DNA of 62,269 nt, the filler included, from Basidiobolus ranarum (lineage: Eukaryota): the NCBI GenBank assembly GCA_040143965.1. It is 21 parts of 21 records of this genome, joined end to end, with 100 filler letters (N's around TTAATTAATTAA, not from the genome) between each part and the next. Parts side by side here need not be neighbours in the genome. Positions count along the whole stretch, not along the records: positions 44,618 to 47,481 come from JASJQH010002913.1; positions 47,582 to 50,443 come from JASJQH010002914.1; positions 50,544 to 53,401 come from JASJQH010002915.1; positions 53,502 to 56,358 come from JASJQH010002916.1; positions 56,459 to 59,314 come from JASJQH010002917.1; positions 59,415 to 62,269 come from JASJQH010002918.1; 15 more parts are not named here. One strand, written 5' to 3'. Positions 47,401-62,269 of the stretch are shown here, one piece after another. Position numbers and translations under genes: made by a program. The first letter of the stretch is position 1, and each line of letters opens with the position of its first letter. A model generated the notes under the pieces. That model worked only from the letters and a program-made list of their open reading frames with translations, was not told the DNA's origin and made no database searches.

Positions 47401-47581
47401 GATTTTGTTTCTTTACAATCTTGGGCGGAAAGGGGTATATTAGGACGTTAAATCAACAGGCACAAGACTCCTACATGAGGTNNNNNNNNNNNNNNNNNNN
47501 NNNNNNNNNNNNNNNNNNNNNNNNNTTAATTAATTAANNNNNNNNNNNNNNNNNNNNNNNNNNNNNNNNNNNNNNNNNNNN

Positions 47582-48174
47582 GACATTTGTTGACTGCAAG
47601 TCAGGGATATATTGGCTGAATTCTTTATGGAAATTTGCCAAAATCCAAGAGCTTATTCTCATTGTGAATGGTAACAAGAGTCAGCTATTTGCTAAGTGTC
47701 AGTGCTATTCAAAATTTCAGATGTTTAGCAATTTTTCATCCGTTAGTTTGCCGGTAAAGCATATTGATGTTGTTGAGTTATGTTTAATCAGTCAAATATG
47801 TGCATATGTAGAGACTAAAAACAACAAGATTCTTGTATTTTTTGATTTTCATCATGGCTAGAATACAAAGCCTAAAATATCTAAATAAAGTCATGCATAT
47901 TAATTCAAATTCCTACAACAGTAAACCCAGTACTTTGCTATTTGAAAATTATATTCTTGCAAAAACTGCTGGATATTGAATAACGCATGTCAAATTTGAG
48001 GATCAATATTTTAACATGTATGAATACCGTTAAGATACTGTCAAGAAATCACCGTCACACCATCAAAATACCTGGCAGAATGCAAGCCAACAATATTGCA
48101 ATGGTTCCCTGACAGTTTTGCTATTTGACAGGGTGGATCTGGTCCGGATCAAATTGATTTTATTTTTGTTAGGG
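47582..48174 (+). mobile_element. CACTA 3' end (innermost nested copy)
   Basis: Ends ...TTTTATTTTTGTTAGGG and is followed directly by mid-transposase sequence (YYPNT). Confidence 0.88.
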
Positions 48175-49838
48175 TACTATCCAAATACAATACTAGACTC
48201 CATCACTTTACCCTCAAGAGCCCAGACAGATTTCAACACAATCATGGATATCATTTCACCAAATAGTCAGTCTAACATCAAACTTGGAATCAGCTCTGAG
48301 CCCAAGATTGTATTGTTAAAGGGGATCCGCTTGAGCCAAAGCTTCCCATTAGGCACTATGCACTTACTATTCAACAGTAATCTAATACTACTTACTCAGC
48401 TATATAGTGGAAAATTTAATATGAAAGATCCATTTGAGGTAGAATCAAAGCTTGAACAAATTGGGAAAATGCTTGAAAACATCAAGATACCATCATATTT
48501 TACCAGGACTCACATCAACATCCACTCATCCAGGAATTTATTTAGAAGCAAAAACTGGAAGTATTGAATTTGTATCCATTCAAGTGAAATTTTGGAAAGA
48601 TTTCTGCCTGATAAGTATTGGCAACATTGGGAGTTGTTTGTCAATATTGTTATATATTCTCATGGTATCAGCTCACATTGGCAGATCTCAGGCAGATGCA
48701 GCAACTGTGCAAAGATTTTGTAATTGGACAGGAAACACTTTATTACAGGTTTAAAGAAGATAGATTGCATCTATGACAGTATTCAATACATTCTGTGCTA
48801 TATCTTTCACAATGCTTCAAGACTATAGGCCCTTGTATACATTCTGGCAGTTTGCAATGGAGTGCACCTGTGGTGAAATGATGCTCCAAGTGAAATTGTC
48901 ATTATTGCCATATGCTAATATGATTAACAATGTATCAGCAAAATCAGTTACTGATGTAATGCAAAGGGTTAAGGATACTCCAGAGTATATTAACCTTCCA
49001 ACAAAGGGCTCTTTTCAATGTGCCCAAAGGTTTTTGCATTGTTTGAGCACAATAACAGTAACAAAGCCCAATTTATGGACACAGAGTAAGTACCTCAATA
49101 ATATAGACCAATTTGTTTGTGATAATTGGATGGTATTTTCAGGAAAGCTGCAAGACCAACTTCTTGGTGAGATAGATCAAGATACACAGTAGATTCATTT
49201 TAGCTACAGAGTAATCTATTCAAGCAATGACACGTCCACTTGTGACTGGATATTTTTGACTGCAAGGTGGGCTATATTGGCTGAATTCTTTATGGATATT
49301 TCCCAATATCCAAGAGCTTATACTCATTGTGAACAGTAACAAGAGTCAGCTATTTGCCAAGTGTCAGTACTATTCAAAGTTTTGGATGTTTATCAATTTT
49401 CCGCCATTAGTCTGCTGTTAAAGCATATTGATGTTGTTGAGTTATGTCTGATCAGTCAAGTATGTGTATATGTAGTGACTAAGCACCACAAGATTCTTGT
49501 ATCTTTTGAATCTTATTATGGCTGGAATGCAAAGTGAAAAATATTTAAATAAAGGCATGCCAATTAGTTTGAAATCCTACAGCAGTAAACCCAGTAATTT
49601 GCCATTTGAAAATTAGTGTTTTGCAAAAATTACCAGATATTGCATTATGCATTCCAAATATGAGGATCAATATTTTAACATGTAAAAATACCATCCAAAT
49701 ACCATCAAGAAACTACCAGCACACCATCAAAATTGTTGGCAGAATGCAAGCCACCACTATTTTGATGGTTCTCTGATGGTTTTGATATTCACAAGGGTGG
49801 ATCCAATCTGGATCATATTGACTTTAGTTTTGTTAGGG
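48175..49838 (+). mobile_element. CACTA 3' half (middle nested copy)
   Basis: SFPLGTMHLLF, KIPSYFTR, WQFAMECTCGE; ends TTTTGTTAGGG. Confidence 0.88.
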
Positions 49839-50443
49839 TGGTGTTATCACAGCTATATGACCAGAAACATTTAGGGAGAAATGCAACTTTGGCCACACTA
49901 AAAAGTCCAGCCCAATTTGAGGATTTGCTGCTAAATGTTGACCTTGGTTATTCCAGTACTGAAGGTAGTGTATTGTAAGTTGTAGAAGAAGACAATGTTT
50001 GTGTCATGGACTCTTTGTTATTGGCTAGCATTAGTCCACTTGCAACAGTTACAGTAAAGGAAGCAGCTTTTACTAATCAGTAGTGGAGAGCTCAATCCAA
50101 TCTTAGTGGCCAGGTGTTTATTGGTTAACTTAAACTTCTACTGCAGTTGATTTGCAACTGTTGCTCACCACAGACCTGGTACAAGTGGAAAACAGTTGTC
50201 AGTTGTATGACTGATAATACTTCAGGAATTGAACTATGTTCATGTCAAAATGGTTGTTTGGCATTCACCATTGCTCTCAGAGACCTGAAGTCATGTACTG
50301 TTTTCACACAATTGGCAATCACTGAATCAGGAAAATATTGTTCATATTTTGCTTACATACAGTTGATTCCCCATCTTAAAGCTTTGATCAAATAACCCAA
50401 ATATAGATCATTGAACCAATACCATAGTACTCACAATAAAGCT
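49839..50443 (+). mobile_element. CACTA transposase N-terminal region (outer copy)
   Basis: QTWYKWK...NGCLAFT...LKSCTV...FAYIQLIPHLK, homologous to the reverse complement of about 57660-57930. Confidence 0.75.
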
Positions 50444-50543
50444 NNNNNNNNNNNNNNNNNNNNNNNNNNNNNNNNNNNNNNNNNNNNTTAATTAATTAAN
50501 NNNNNNNNNNNNNNNNNNNNNNNNNNNNNNNNNNNNNNNNNNN

Positions 50544-51166
50544 TTTGTGGAGACAGTAACATCATGGCCACAGCAGGCTCGAAGAAAAGCGCCACCAAGA
50601 ATGGCCCCCACCACATGCATAACCAAATAGATGATACCACGAGGAACTGAACAAAGGTTGGTAAAGACCGCAGTCCAAGTAATCATGGGATTAAAATGGG
50701 CACCCGATATAGCAGCAGTGGCCATGATAAAGAGTGTAAGAGTCACAAAAACACCAAGGGCAACGGTAAGAGAGACAACAGGGCCTCCCACCTGAACAGC
50801 CCAAACAGTTACGCCACCAGATACCATAACATAGAGTGCCATTAGAAATAGCTCGGCAATTCCAGAGCGCCAAATGCTTGGATTATAAAATTCCGACCAG
50901 TCAAACATCTGCTCCATGGTCAAATGGTCTTCATCGGCTATGATGTCAGGATGAAATTCTGGAATTGGTATACTAGATAAAGACTTTCGATGAGGGATGG
51001 CATTGATAGAAGCTTGTCGACTCCGTGTGATGTGATGCCCCAAGGAAGCGGCATGCTCAGCAGATATAGAATAACCATTTCCAGAATTGTAGTCAGCTTC
51101 GTGAGGTCGATGCGCCGTAGCACCAATGCTAACGAAGCTATCAGGAGCAAGTCTTGAGGCTTCCAT
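50544..51166 (-). CDS. Aquaporin (MIP family), XIP-like, 3'-truncated
   Basis: ATG at 51166 (MEASRL...). WRSGIAELF...ATAAISGAHFNPMITW...LCSVPRGIIY...GAILGG, with the first NPA box as NPM. Confidence 0.88.
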
Positions 51167-52802
51167 GTAAAAGAGATAAAGTGCTGTCAATAGATAAATA
51201 GGAGGTTGAGGATTTGATGGCAAACCTATCAATATATACCTTCTAATGACATGATGCTGGCCAATAACATTGTCAGCGATCAAGTTCTTTCTAAATAAAT
51301 CAATCGAGTGGATGAACGATTTGATTGTGGATCAAACGAGTTCATAAAAGGTCAATGACCAATTTAGATATTTAGCTCATAGTTTGTATTTCTACTCGCA
51401 AGTGGGAATATCTGCACATCCATACATCAGCAACCTACACAGTTTGTTGTATTTGTAAAACGATTAACCAGTAGATTGTAGCAACACGCCACCACTAGCC
51501 TTCTGCATATTAGCCCTTTCCCTTTTTTAGTCAAATTGTAACTATACATTAGCCTGGAATTGATTGCATATCTCGCAGCGCTATGTTAGAGTTTCTTACT
51601 TTATTCTACAAAATCGTTGCGAACTCTTGATCTCCAGGATAGGATATTCTAGTGCTCTACATACAGCCCTAACATATCACATGCCAATGTTTCAACTGAC
51701 CGGATGTCAAGCAGATCAGTTTAGGCCTATCATCGGACCAGCCTCAGGCATATGATATACACTCTTTACTTCTTTATCAGTTAGAACAATTTGGTGTATA
51801 GGAAGTACTTCGAGAGTGTTCAGGGAGATGGGGTAATTGCAGTGTACTTTAGCTTGCAGGCTTTGATTTTTCTTCAGCAGCTCAACATATGAAAATGCAT
51901 AACTTTTCATTGTGATAAATATGGTGAATACTTTGAGTTAATGTAACCATGTCTGTTGAAGTTCAAGCAACTACAAGTTTTCAAATTCCCACATCCGTGT
52001 TTTGGGTATTTCTTGCTTTGCTGAGAAAAAAGCATGTTTTTGAATGGATATCCTGTTGTGTATCCCCAAGGGTATTTCATGTCTCCTCTCTTAGTGTCCA
52101 TAGATAAATACACTTTATAACCTCATTACCTAACTGGCCTTAGCTAATTATACACAATCTGTCAAATACACTAGTGCTTATAACTGGCTCACTCTTTTTC
52201 ATGCATTTTTCAGGATGGCACTATCTCCGAATTTAACCCACGATTCAACTTCAACTTTAACGACATTTTAAAAATGATTCTACTACTTTTTGTAAAGATA
52301 TATCCATTAGGCATTCAATACTATTGATAAATCGTTTTTGAGCTCATCACTTTGCCGATGACTATTTTTGGCTCTCTCCATTTATATGGATATACTCTAA
52401 GAGACTATGTTGGTGATATTTAAACAAAATATGTAATGATGAAGACCAAAACTATAATGTTAAACGTGTGAATCTGATATAACATTGAATTTTGATATAA
52501 TACTGATAGCCCATACTTTTACTGCAAAAAGCATATTAACATCAAACCTAACTCACCAAATGTGAGAAATTCAAATGGATTTAATATTATCAGATGTAGT
52601 GGAATCACCTTCACAGTATCAAATCTGCTATTATTTGATTAGCTTATGATACAAATTGCAAGTTGAATCATGGAGTGAACATATAGATAGCATTTTTGGA
52701 GAGATATATGCAAACAAAGGGAATCACCTATGAGCACTGATGCAAGTACATGATGTGGGGCATCTGGCTTGGAGCTTATATACATATCTAACATTACCGC
52801 CA

Positions 52803-53108
52803 TTGAAGTATTTTGGGACTTTGTTGAAAGTGATATGAAAAACTAGAAGAACTGGTGGTTTACACCTATTGACTTACTGAGTGGAAAGTTCACATTTATA
52901 ATTTTTGTTAAGAGATAAACCAACAAGTTTGTAGAATGTGTCAAGCAAGATCCCAGGAACATGTGTGCTAAGTTGAGAGCTTCTAGTACAACTTATCAAA
53001 ATCTAAACATTTGAGAACTTCCAAGTTTGTGTCAATATTATGAGTAAATCACAATTGAGAATAGTAGTTGATATCTTAGTGAGATATAGGCTCACTAAAT
53101 ACTAAGTT
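52803..53108 (-). mobile_element. Degenerate Copia LTR, interrupted
   Basis: Aligns to about 41067-41370. Confidence 0.7.
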
Positions 53109-53401
53109 TATTGGGAAAATATGGGCTGTTTGGAGGAACTTTAGAAAAGTGGGGTTGTGAATAGCTTTGTGAGATACTAATTTATTGTACAGAAATAAAG
53201 TATTTCTACATTTTGGTGGAAATACAGAAAACCAACACTGGGGTTGTGTTCTGAGCATCTGTGGGAGTAAAATGAGCTATCTTTGGGGCTATTTGGAAGA
53301 GTTTGAAATTTCCAATATGGAATTGCTAATTCTCACATTATTCACATATATATATAATATATGTTCCAATTTTCAGCTAAGTGATATTTGACTAAGTAAT
53401 G
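53109..53401 (-). repeat. LTR-type repeat of the 3141-3279 family, inserted in the Copia LTR
   Basis: Reverse-complement homology to 3143-3279. Confidence 0.55.
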
Positions 53402-53519
53402 NNNNNNNNNNNNNNNNNNNNNNNNNNNNNNNNNNNNNNNNNNNNTTAATTAATTAANNNNNNNNNNNNNNNNNNNNNNNNNNNNNNNNNNNNNNNNNNN
53501 NATAATACTATTTAATCCC

Positions 53520-54020
53520 AATATGAATATCCAGTTGGCATTGTACATACTGGAGTGTACTGGTTATATCGAGTTCAAGTGAGTCAAGGTAAGCTCGTTT
53601 GAGAATTAGCAACTAGATTTTCCTTAATAGCTACTACTGGTACTACAAAACAAAGTAGATTGTTGAAATGCGTTATGTTTTACAATAGAAATCTATGCTT
53701 CCCTCTGAGTTGGGCTGAACAGAAGTTCACGTGAAAGTATTCCTTCAAAGAGCTTGGGACAAAAGCAGAAAACTCGTTTTAATTACTGGTGTTGTACACA
53801 CTGCAATGTGCTAGTTATATCGAGATTGAGTGAATCAAGGCTAGCTCGTTCCACAATTAGCCACTTGATTTTCCTTAGTAACTGCCGGTACTGTCAAACA
53901 AAGTAGATTGTTGAAACGTGTTATGTGTTACAATCGAATTCTATGTCTCGCTTTAATCGTGTTGAGCAGTAAAAGCAGAAGAAAAACATTCCCTTAAACT
54001 GCTGAGAATAAAAGCGGCAA
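53520..54020 (+). repeat. Diverged tandem duplication, unit about 250 bp, non-coding
   Basis: GTTATATCGAG...AGCTCGTT...GATTTTCCTTA...AAACAAAGTAGATTGTTGAAA occurs at about 53563-53668 and 53814-53916, with a partial third echo at about 55034-55090. Confidence 0.75.
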
Positions 54021-54687
54021 GAAATGGATATGAGAAATGAATCTAACCTTGACTCTACCTATGGCGGTTGACGAGTTTGTGAACCAGTGTGTCTCCAGCC
54101 TGTAGTACTATTGGGATTAACATAATGGAACCACAACGTACTATTGAATATCTTTAGATACCACCATAGGAGTTAAGAACCCCAAAATTCAATAATGGAG
54201 ATGAATGCTCTTTCAAAGAGTAGAAAGTAGTCATGAATTGAGGTTCATCAACTGATATTCCCACTAGTTACCCATCATGCATCATAAGAATGCTTGAGGT
54301 TGGTGCTAGAGTGGTACTTTTTACACCACTCACGATGGTAATTCTATCACATTATGCTATCACATTATGATGTAAAAGTGAGTTGGACTAAAATGGCCAG
54401 ATTGTTCCCATATATCCGAGAATAACTAGTATAATAGATCACAAGATACATCTTCTCTAGTACGATGAAGCTAAAACAGCGATTATAGTACTACTCCAAC
54501 TTCTAGTCATTGGCATAGATGCTACATAGAATTCACATAAACATACGAATAGAAAATCCAATTTTATCAAACGTTCCCTTATTCGGTATCGACTGCTGCT
54601 ACATCGAATGATGGTCCACCAATACTCCATTGGCTGATGCTGGAAGGTTCAAGATTAAACTCTCTGCTGGATATGATTGCACAATGC

Positions 54688-54741
54688 GAACAATCTCCAT
54701 CCACAACAAGTTGAGAACAATCTCCATCCACAACAAGTTGA
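54688..54741 (+). repeat. Perfect 27-bp tandem duplication GAACAATCTCCATCCACAACAAGTTGA
   Basis: Read directly from the sequence. Confidence 0.95.
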
Positions 54742-56574
54742 GCAGAGAGTTTTGAGCCGAAATGCTTCGGTGGAGAACCTTCTTCGAGATATCAACAAGC
54801 TGAAGACCGAATAGCAAGAATGTCGGATAATGGCTCCAGAGTGTAGTGGATATTTGTATACTGAATTTCAAATTCAAAGGGGACTTTTATAAGATACTTT
54901 TGAATGAGAGACACATTGGACTTGTATTTTACAAACTCTTGTTAGAATTCGACTGCCATTGACCGTACCAGATCATTACCATGTCAGGTGTATCGAGTTT
55001 ACAACTTTCCCCAATAGCCACGAAAATATGTATATTGTTGAAACGCGTTATGTGTTACGAAAGAATTCCATTATTAGGCTGAACAGAACAGTAGGCTGAA
55101 CAATAAATTCAGGTGACTTTTTCAATCGTTGTCAAATAATTAATCCTGCTTCATCGATCGATCTAACTAACCCTAGCTCTACCCTACGTTACTGTCCGTT
55201 TGGTTAGGAATGTCTCCTTGTTACACCAGTGGGGTTATCATAATGAAACGGAGATTACGTCTTAAGGTAAGGAAGCCAAGTTATCATATAGAGATTGACA
55301 TTACATTAACCGTGTTGCTAGGGTTAGGCTATGTTATACATGATGCTCCTAACTTATCCAATTATTGTATAGAATGCCACACTGGTCTGTATGAAGGTAT
55401 TTCACATGCTATTTCATGTAATATGGAAGAGAGAGTGTTTATTGAGTCGGTAGGGTTACTTGAGTAATTTCAGGAATGACAATGAATACACCTAGGGAAA
55501 TGCATTCCAAAAGTTATACCTTTGTTACTGGTGCTTTCCAAAAATCGCTCATAATAGCTTCACATATTTACATGTACATGTTTAAATTATTCCATATTAC
55601 CAAAGAATAGGCAAAGTGAAGCAAAGTGAATGTTCTCATTGGGTGCAAATATCAAATATCGAAAAATTTCCATCAACAGCAAAAATGAGTAGCTACCCTT
55701 GAGCCGGTTGCCTCAGTTGAGAACCTTGTTCGGGTAATCAAAGACTTGTTAACACAGATGTTGGACAATGGTTTTGTAGTGTAACAAATGTTAGTATGCT
55801 CAATTACAGATTATAGAGTATTTTTCACCAATAATCACACTGAAGTTACATTGACATTTGCTGCAGTGATACTATTGAATCACGATATACAAACATCGGG
55901 ATTGGTATCAAGATCCAACTGGCGATGTCCACGCGGAGATACAATACTTGTTTTATCGCGTTTTAGTTAGTCTATGGAGAATTAGTAACCAGATTCTCTC
56001 CAATCGTTCAGCCAAATGATTGCCATTTGACAAAGAATCCTTAGGGCTAAATTAGGGCGAATTATCAATTTATGTGAAATTCCAGTGAAATATATTCCCG
56101 CAAATCAGCGTTAACATGAGTCATAACTTTAATATAAAAACTTCACTGGAATGTCATATATGTTGAAATTGGTAACTCCTTCAACCAAAACAGAATTTGT
56201 ATCGAGATTTCATCGGTGAGTATTTACTATTCAATCGCTTATCACCTTTAATCAAAAAAGTAATAAGGAACCTGATTAGGTGCTATCGAGTATTTGTAAT
56301 ACACGACGAAATATTAGGTTCTTCGCTACTCAAAAGAGTTAAATATACCTCAAGACCANNNNNNNNNNNNNNNNNNNNNNNNNNNNNNNNNNNNNNNNNN
56401 NNTTAATTAATTAANNNNNNNNNNNNNNNNNNNNNNNNNNNNNNNNNNNNNNNNNNNNATAGTAAACTATAAATAGGACATATTCAATTCAATAAAACTT
56501 AAGTGTCTAATTCACAAATCCAAATCTTGTCCAAAACACTTCCAAATCCCCTAAACACTTTTATCACACATAGA

Positions 56575-57931
56575 GGCAGTCAATTTTCTTTAAACCTGTA
56601 TTCAAGTTTTTCATATCCAATTACAAAATCTTTGCACAGTTGCAGCATTTGCCATTTATTAGCCAATGTTAGTTGATGCCATAAGAGTATGTTCAAAATA
56701 TTTAGAAACAACTTCCAATGAAGCTATTATTTATCATACAATAATATTTTCAAGTTTCCACTTAAATATATACAAATCAAATACTTCCAGCCTTTGCATT
56801 TGAATAAACACAAAGATGAGTGGATTTTGATTGGAGTCCCAGTAAATACAATGTTATATTGACATTTTCAAGCATTTTTCCTTTTGCATTAAACTTTGCT
56901 CTTGTCATGATTGGTGCATTCTTATTGCGTTTTCCTCTATATAGCTGAGTAAGTAGTATTAGAATGTTGTTTAATAGTTAGTGCATAGTGCCTAATAGGA
57001 AGCACTGGCTCTAGCTGATCCCCTTTAGCAATATAATCTCAGGCTTATGGCTAATCCCTAGTATGATATTAAATTTACTATTTGGTGAAGGGATATCAGT
57101 GAGCATACTGAAATCTGACTAGGCTATTGATGGTAGAATCTTGGAGTTCATTATTGTATTTGGATAATAGTAGTGCCTATGGCTGGTAGAGTAAACTCCA
57201 TTGCTTTGACAAAATCTACAGCAAGCTGGTGCATTTTGCCTGCAAAAACCTCCAATTTTACAGATGGCAGAAGTGGGACCAATACAGACCATGACTTTTG
57301 CTTCAATAAAATATTCAGCCATCTGAATACTATTTGATAACATATCAAATTCCACAATCAAAAGCTCTAAGAAGCTATCTATAAGCACTGGTGATTTAGG
57401 CCCAGATATGAAGGATAGGATCAAAATATTATGACTCTTATACCATTCAGAAAGAGGAAGAATTGAGTTAATTGAAATAATTGGCAAGCTGGCCTTTCCA
57501 ATGTAATATTTTTCAGTGTGAAACCATCCAGAGCCAATGCAAATGCATGGTTATATGCATTCACACAGAAACCTTGACTTTTCAGATTCTGGTAATAATA
57601 TCCACCAAATATATTGGTAAAATCTCTAACTTTATAGTGAGTACTGTAGTATTGGATCAACTATATATTTTTGGGTGATTTTATCAAAACTTTGAGATGC
57701 GGAATCAATGGTATGTATGCCAAATATGAACAATATTTACCTAATTCGGTGATTGCCATTTGTATGCAAACAGTACATGACTTCAGGTTTTGAGATTACT
57801 GGTGAAAGCCAAAAAACCATTTGGACTTGAAGGTAGTTCAATTACCGAGGAATTTTTAGTCATACAACTTACATGTGCTTTCCACTTGTACCAGGTCTGT
57901 GGCAAGCAACAGGTGCCAACCAACTGTAGTA
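56575..57931 (-). mobile_element. Degenerate CACTA transposase region (outer copy)
   Basis: FALALDGF, PIISINSILPLSEWYKSHNIL...ISGPKSP..IDSFLE, ACCRFC. Confidence 0.88.
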
Positions 57932-59314
57932 CTCTAACAAAAATAAAATCAATTTGATCCGGCCCAGATCCATGCTGCAAAATAGTAAAACTATAAGAGA
58001 ACCTTCACAATATTGTTAGCTTGCATTCTGCCAGGAATTTTGATGGTGTGACAGTAGTTTCTGGATGGTATTTTGAAAGTATTCATACATGTTGAAATAT
58101 TGATGCTGAAAATTGGCATGCTTTATTCAATATCAGGCAATTTATGCAAAAATCTATTTTTTGAATTGCAAATGACTGGGTTTACTGCTGTAGGAATTTG
58201 AATTATTATGCATGCCTTTATTTAGTTATTTAAGGCTTTGCATTCCAGCTATGATAGGAATTAAAAGATACAAGAATCTTGTAGTGTTTAGTCTCTTCAT
58301 ATGCACACACTTGACTGATTAGATATAACTCAACAACAGCAACATGCTTTAAATGCAAACTACTAGTGGAAAAATTGCTAAACATCTGAAATTTTGTATA
58401 GCACTGACACTTGGCAAATAGCTGACTCTTGTTACCATCACAACAAGAATAAGCTCTTGGATTTTGGCAAATTTCCATCAAGAATTGAGTCAATATATCC
58501 CCAACTTGCAGTCAACAAATGTCCTGCCACAAGTAAATGTGTCATTGTTTGAATAGATTACCCCATGGCTAAAACAATAATATTGAGTATCTTGATCTAT
58601 CTCACTAAGAAGTCTGTCTTGCTGCTTTCCTACAAATACCATCGGATTATCACACCAACAAATTAATCCAAATTAAAGAGGTACTTACTCTATGTCCATG
58701 GACTGGGCTTTGTTGCTGTTATCATGCTCAAACTATGCAAAAACCCATGAGCACATTGAAAAGAGCCCTTTGTTGGAAGGTTAATAAACTTTGGAGTCTC
58801 CTTGACCCATTGCATTACATCCATCACTGATTTTGCTGATACATTGTAAATCAGTTTAGCATATGGTAATCCTGACAATTTTACATTGAGCATCATTTCA
58901 CCACAGGTGCACTCCATTGGGAGCTCCCAAAATGTATAGCAAGGGCCTATAATCTCTAAGCAGTGTGAAAGATGCAGCAGGGAATGTATTGAATACCAGC
59001 ATAGATTCAGTCTATCTTCTTACACCTGTGATAAATTTTTTCATATCCAATTACAAAATCTTTGCACAGTTGCTGTATCTGCCAATGTGAGTTGATGCTG
59101 TAACAATATATTAACAATATCCACAAACAACTCCCAATGTTGCCAATACTTATCAGGCAGAAATCTTTTCAAAATGCCACTTGAATATATACAAATCCAA
59201 AATTTCCAGTCTTTGCATTTGAATAAATGCCTAGATGAGTGGATATTGATGGGAGTCCTGGTAAAATATGATGGTATCTTGACGTTTTCAAGCATTTTCC
59301 CAATCAATTCAAAC
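57932..59314 (-). mobile_element. CACTA 3' half nested in the preceding copy
   Basis: Terminus CTCTAACAAAAATAAAATC at 57932; KIPSYFTRTP...FKCKDWK and MECTCGE. Confidence 0.88.
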
Positions 59315-59414
59315 NNNNNNNNNNNNNNNNNNNNNNNNNNNNNNNNNNNNNNNNNNNNTTAATTAATTAANNNNNNNNNNNNNNNNNNNNNNNNNNNNNN
59401 NNNNNNNNNNNNNN

Positions 59415-62175
<2,761 letters not shown>

Positions 62176-62269
62176 TGTATTACCTCTACTTTCTTTTTCA
62201 ATCGTTACTCCCAAGGAAGTCCGACTAGAACGATTTACTTCTCGACCCTTTCCCTTATTAGAAGTGGTC

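Noticed and set aside
44618-47481. Short ORFs in this contig, including 47008-47271
   Set aside because: No recognisable motif, no convincing start or splice structure. Treated as intergenic, though a small gene cannot be excluded.
51167-51283. N-terminal extension of the aquaporin ORF in the track
   Set aside because: It begins at a non-ATG codon and covers the likely promoter and 5' UTR. The first ATG is at 51166.
54599-54877. 92-aa ORF with duplicated LNLLWMEIV
   Set aside because: Explained by a 27-bp DNA duplication; no ATG start or other coding evidence.

Overview
This is not one locus. It is 21 contigs of about 2.86-2.88 kb, sorted by decreasing length and joined by an artificial 100-nt linker (N44-TTAATTAATTAA-N44), so gene neighbourhood is meaningful only inside a contig. 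The DNA is AT-rich and eukaryotic, with short GT-AG introns and CTAAC-type branch points. It looks fungal, and MCM8 plus intronless NRPS genes suggest an early-diverging fungus (a Basidiobolus-like lineage is my unverified guess). Highlights: (1) a tandem cluster of three secreted KEX2-processed repeat-peptide precursors with His-rich cores (HNGPH, HNGQQH, HNGEKH), one missed by the ORF track; (2) an NRPS-type terminal thioesterase followed by an intronless bacterial-like GT4 glycosyltransferase, plus a separate A-T-C-A NRPS fragment; (3) a self-overlapping 2766-bp unit with four tRNA genes, probably a collapsed tandem array; (4) three tandem secreted CAP/SCP genes; (5) divergent Cho2-like, rhomboid-like and XIP aquaporin genes, plus eIF4A, an R3H-SUZ protein and MCM8; (6) many nested, degenerate Copia, CACTA and LINE elements with extreme CpG loss. 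All calls come from manual reading and motif recognition; no database search was run.
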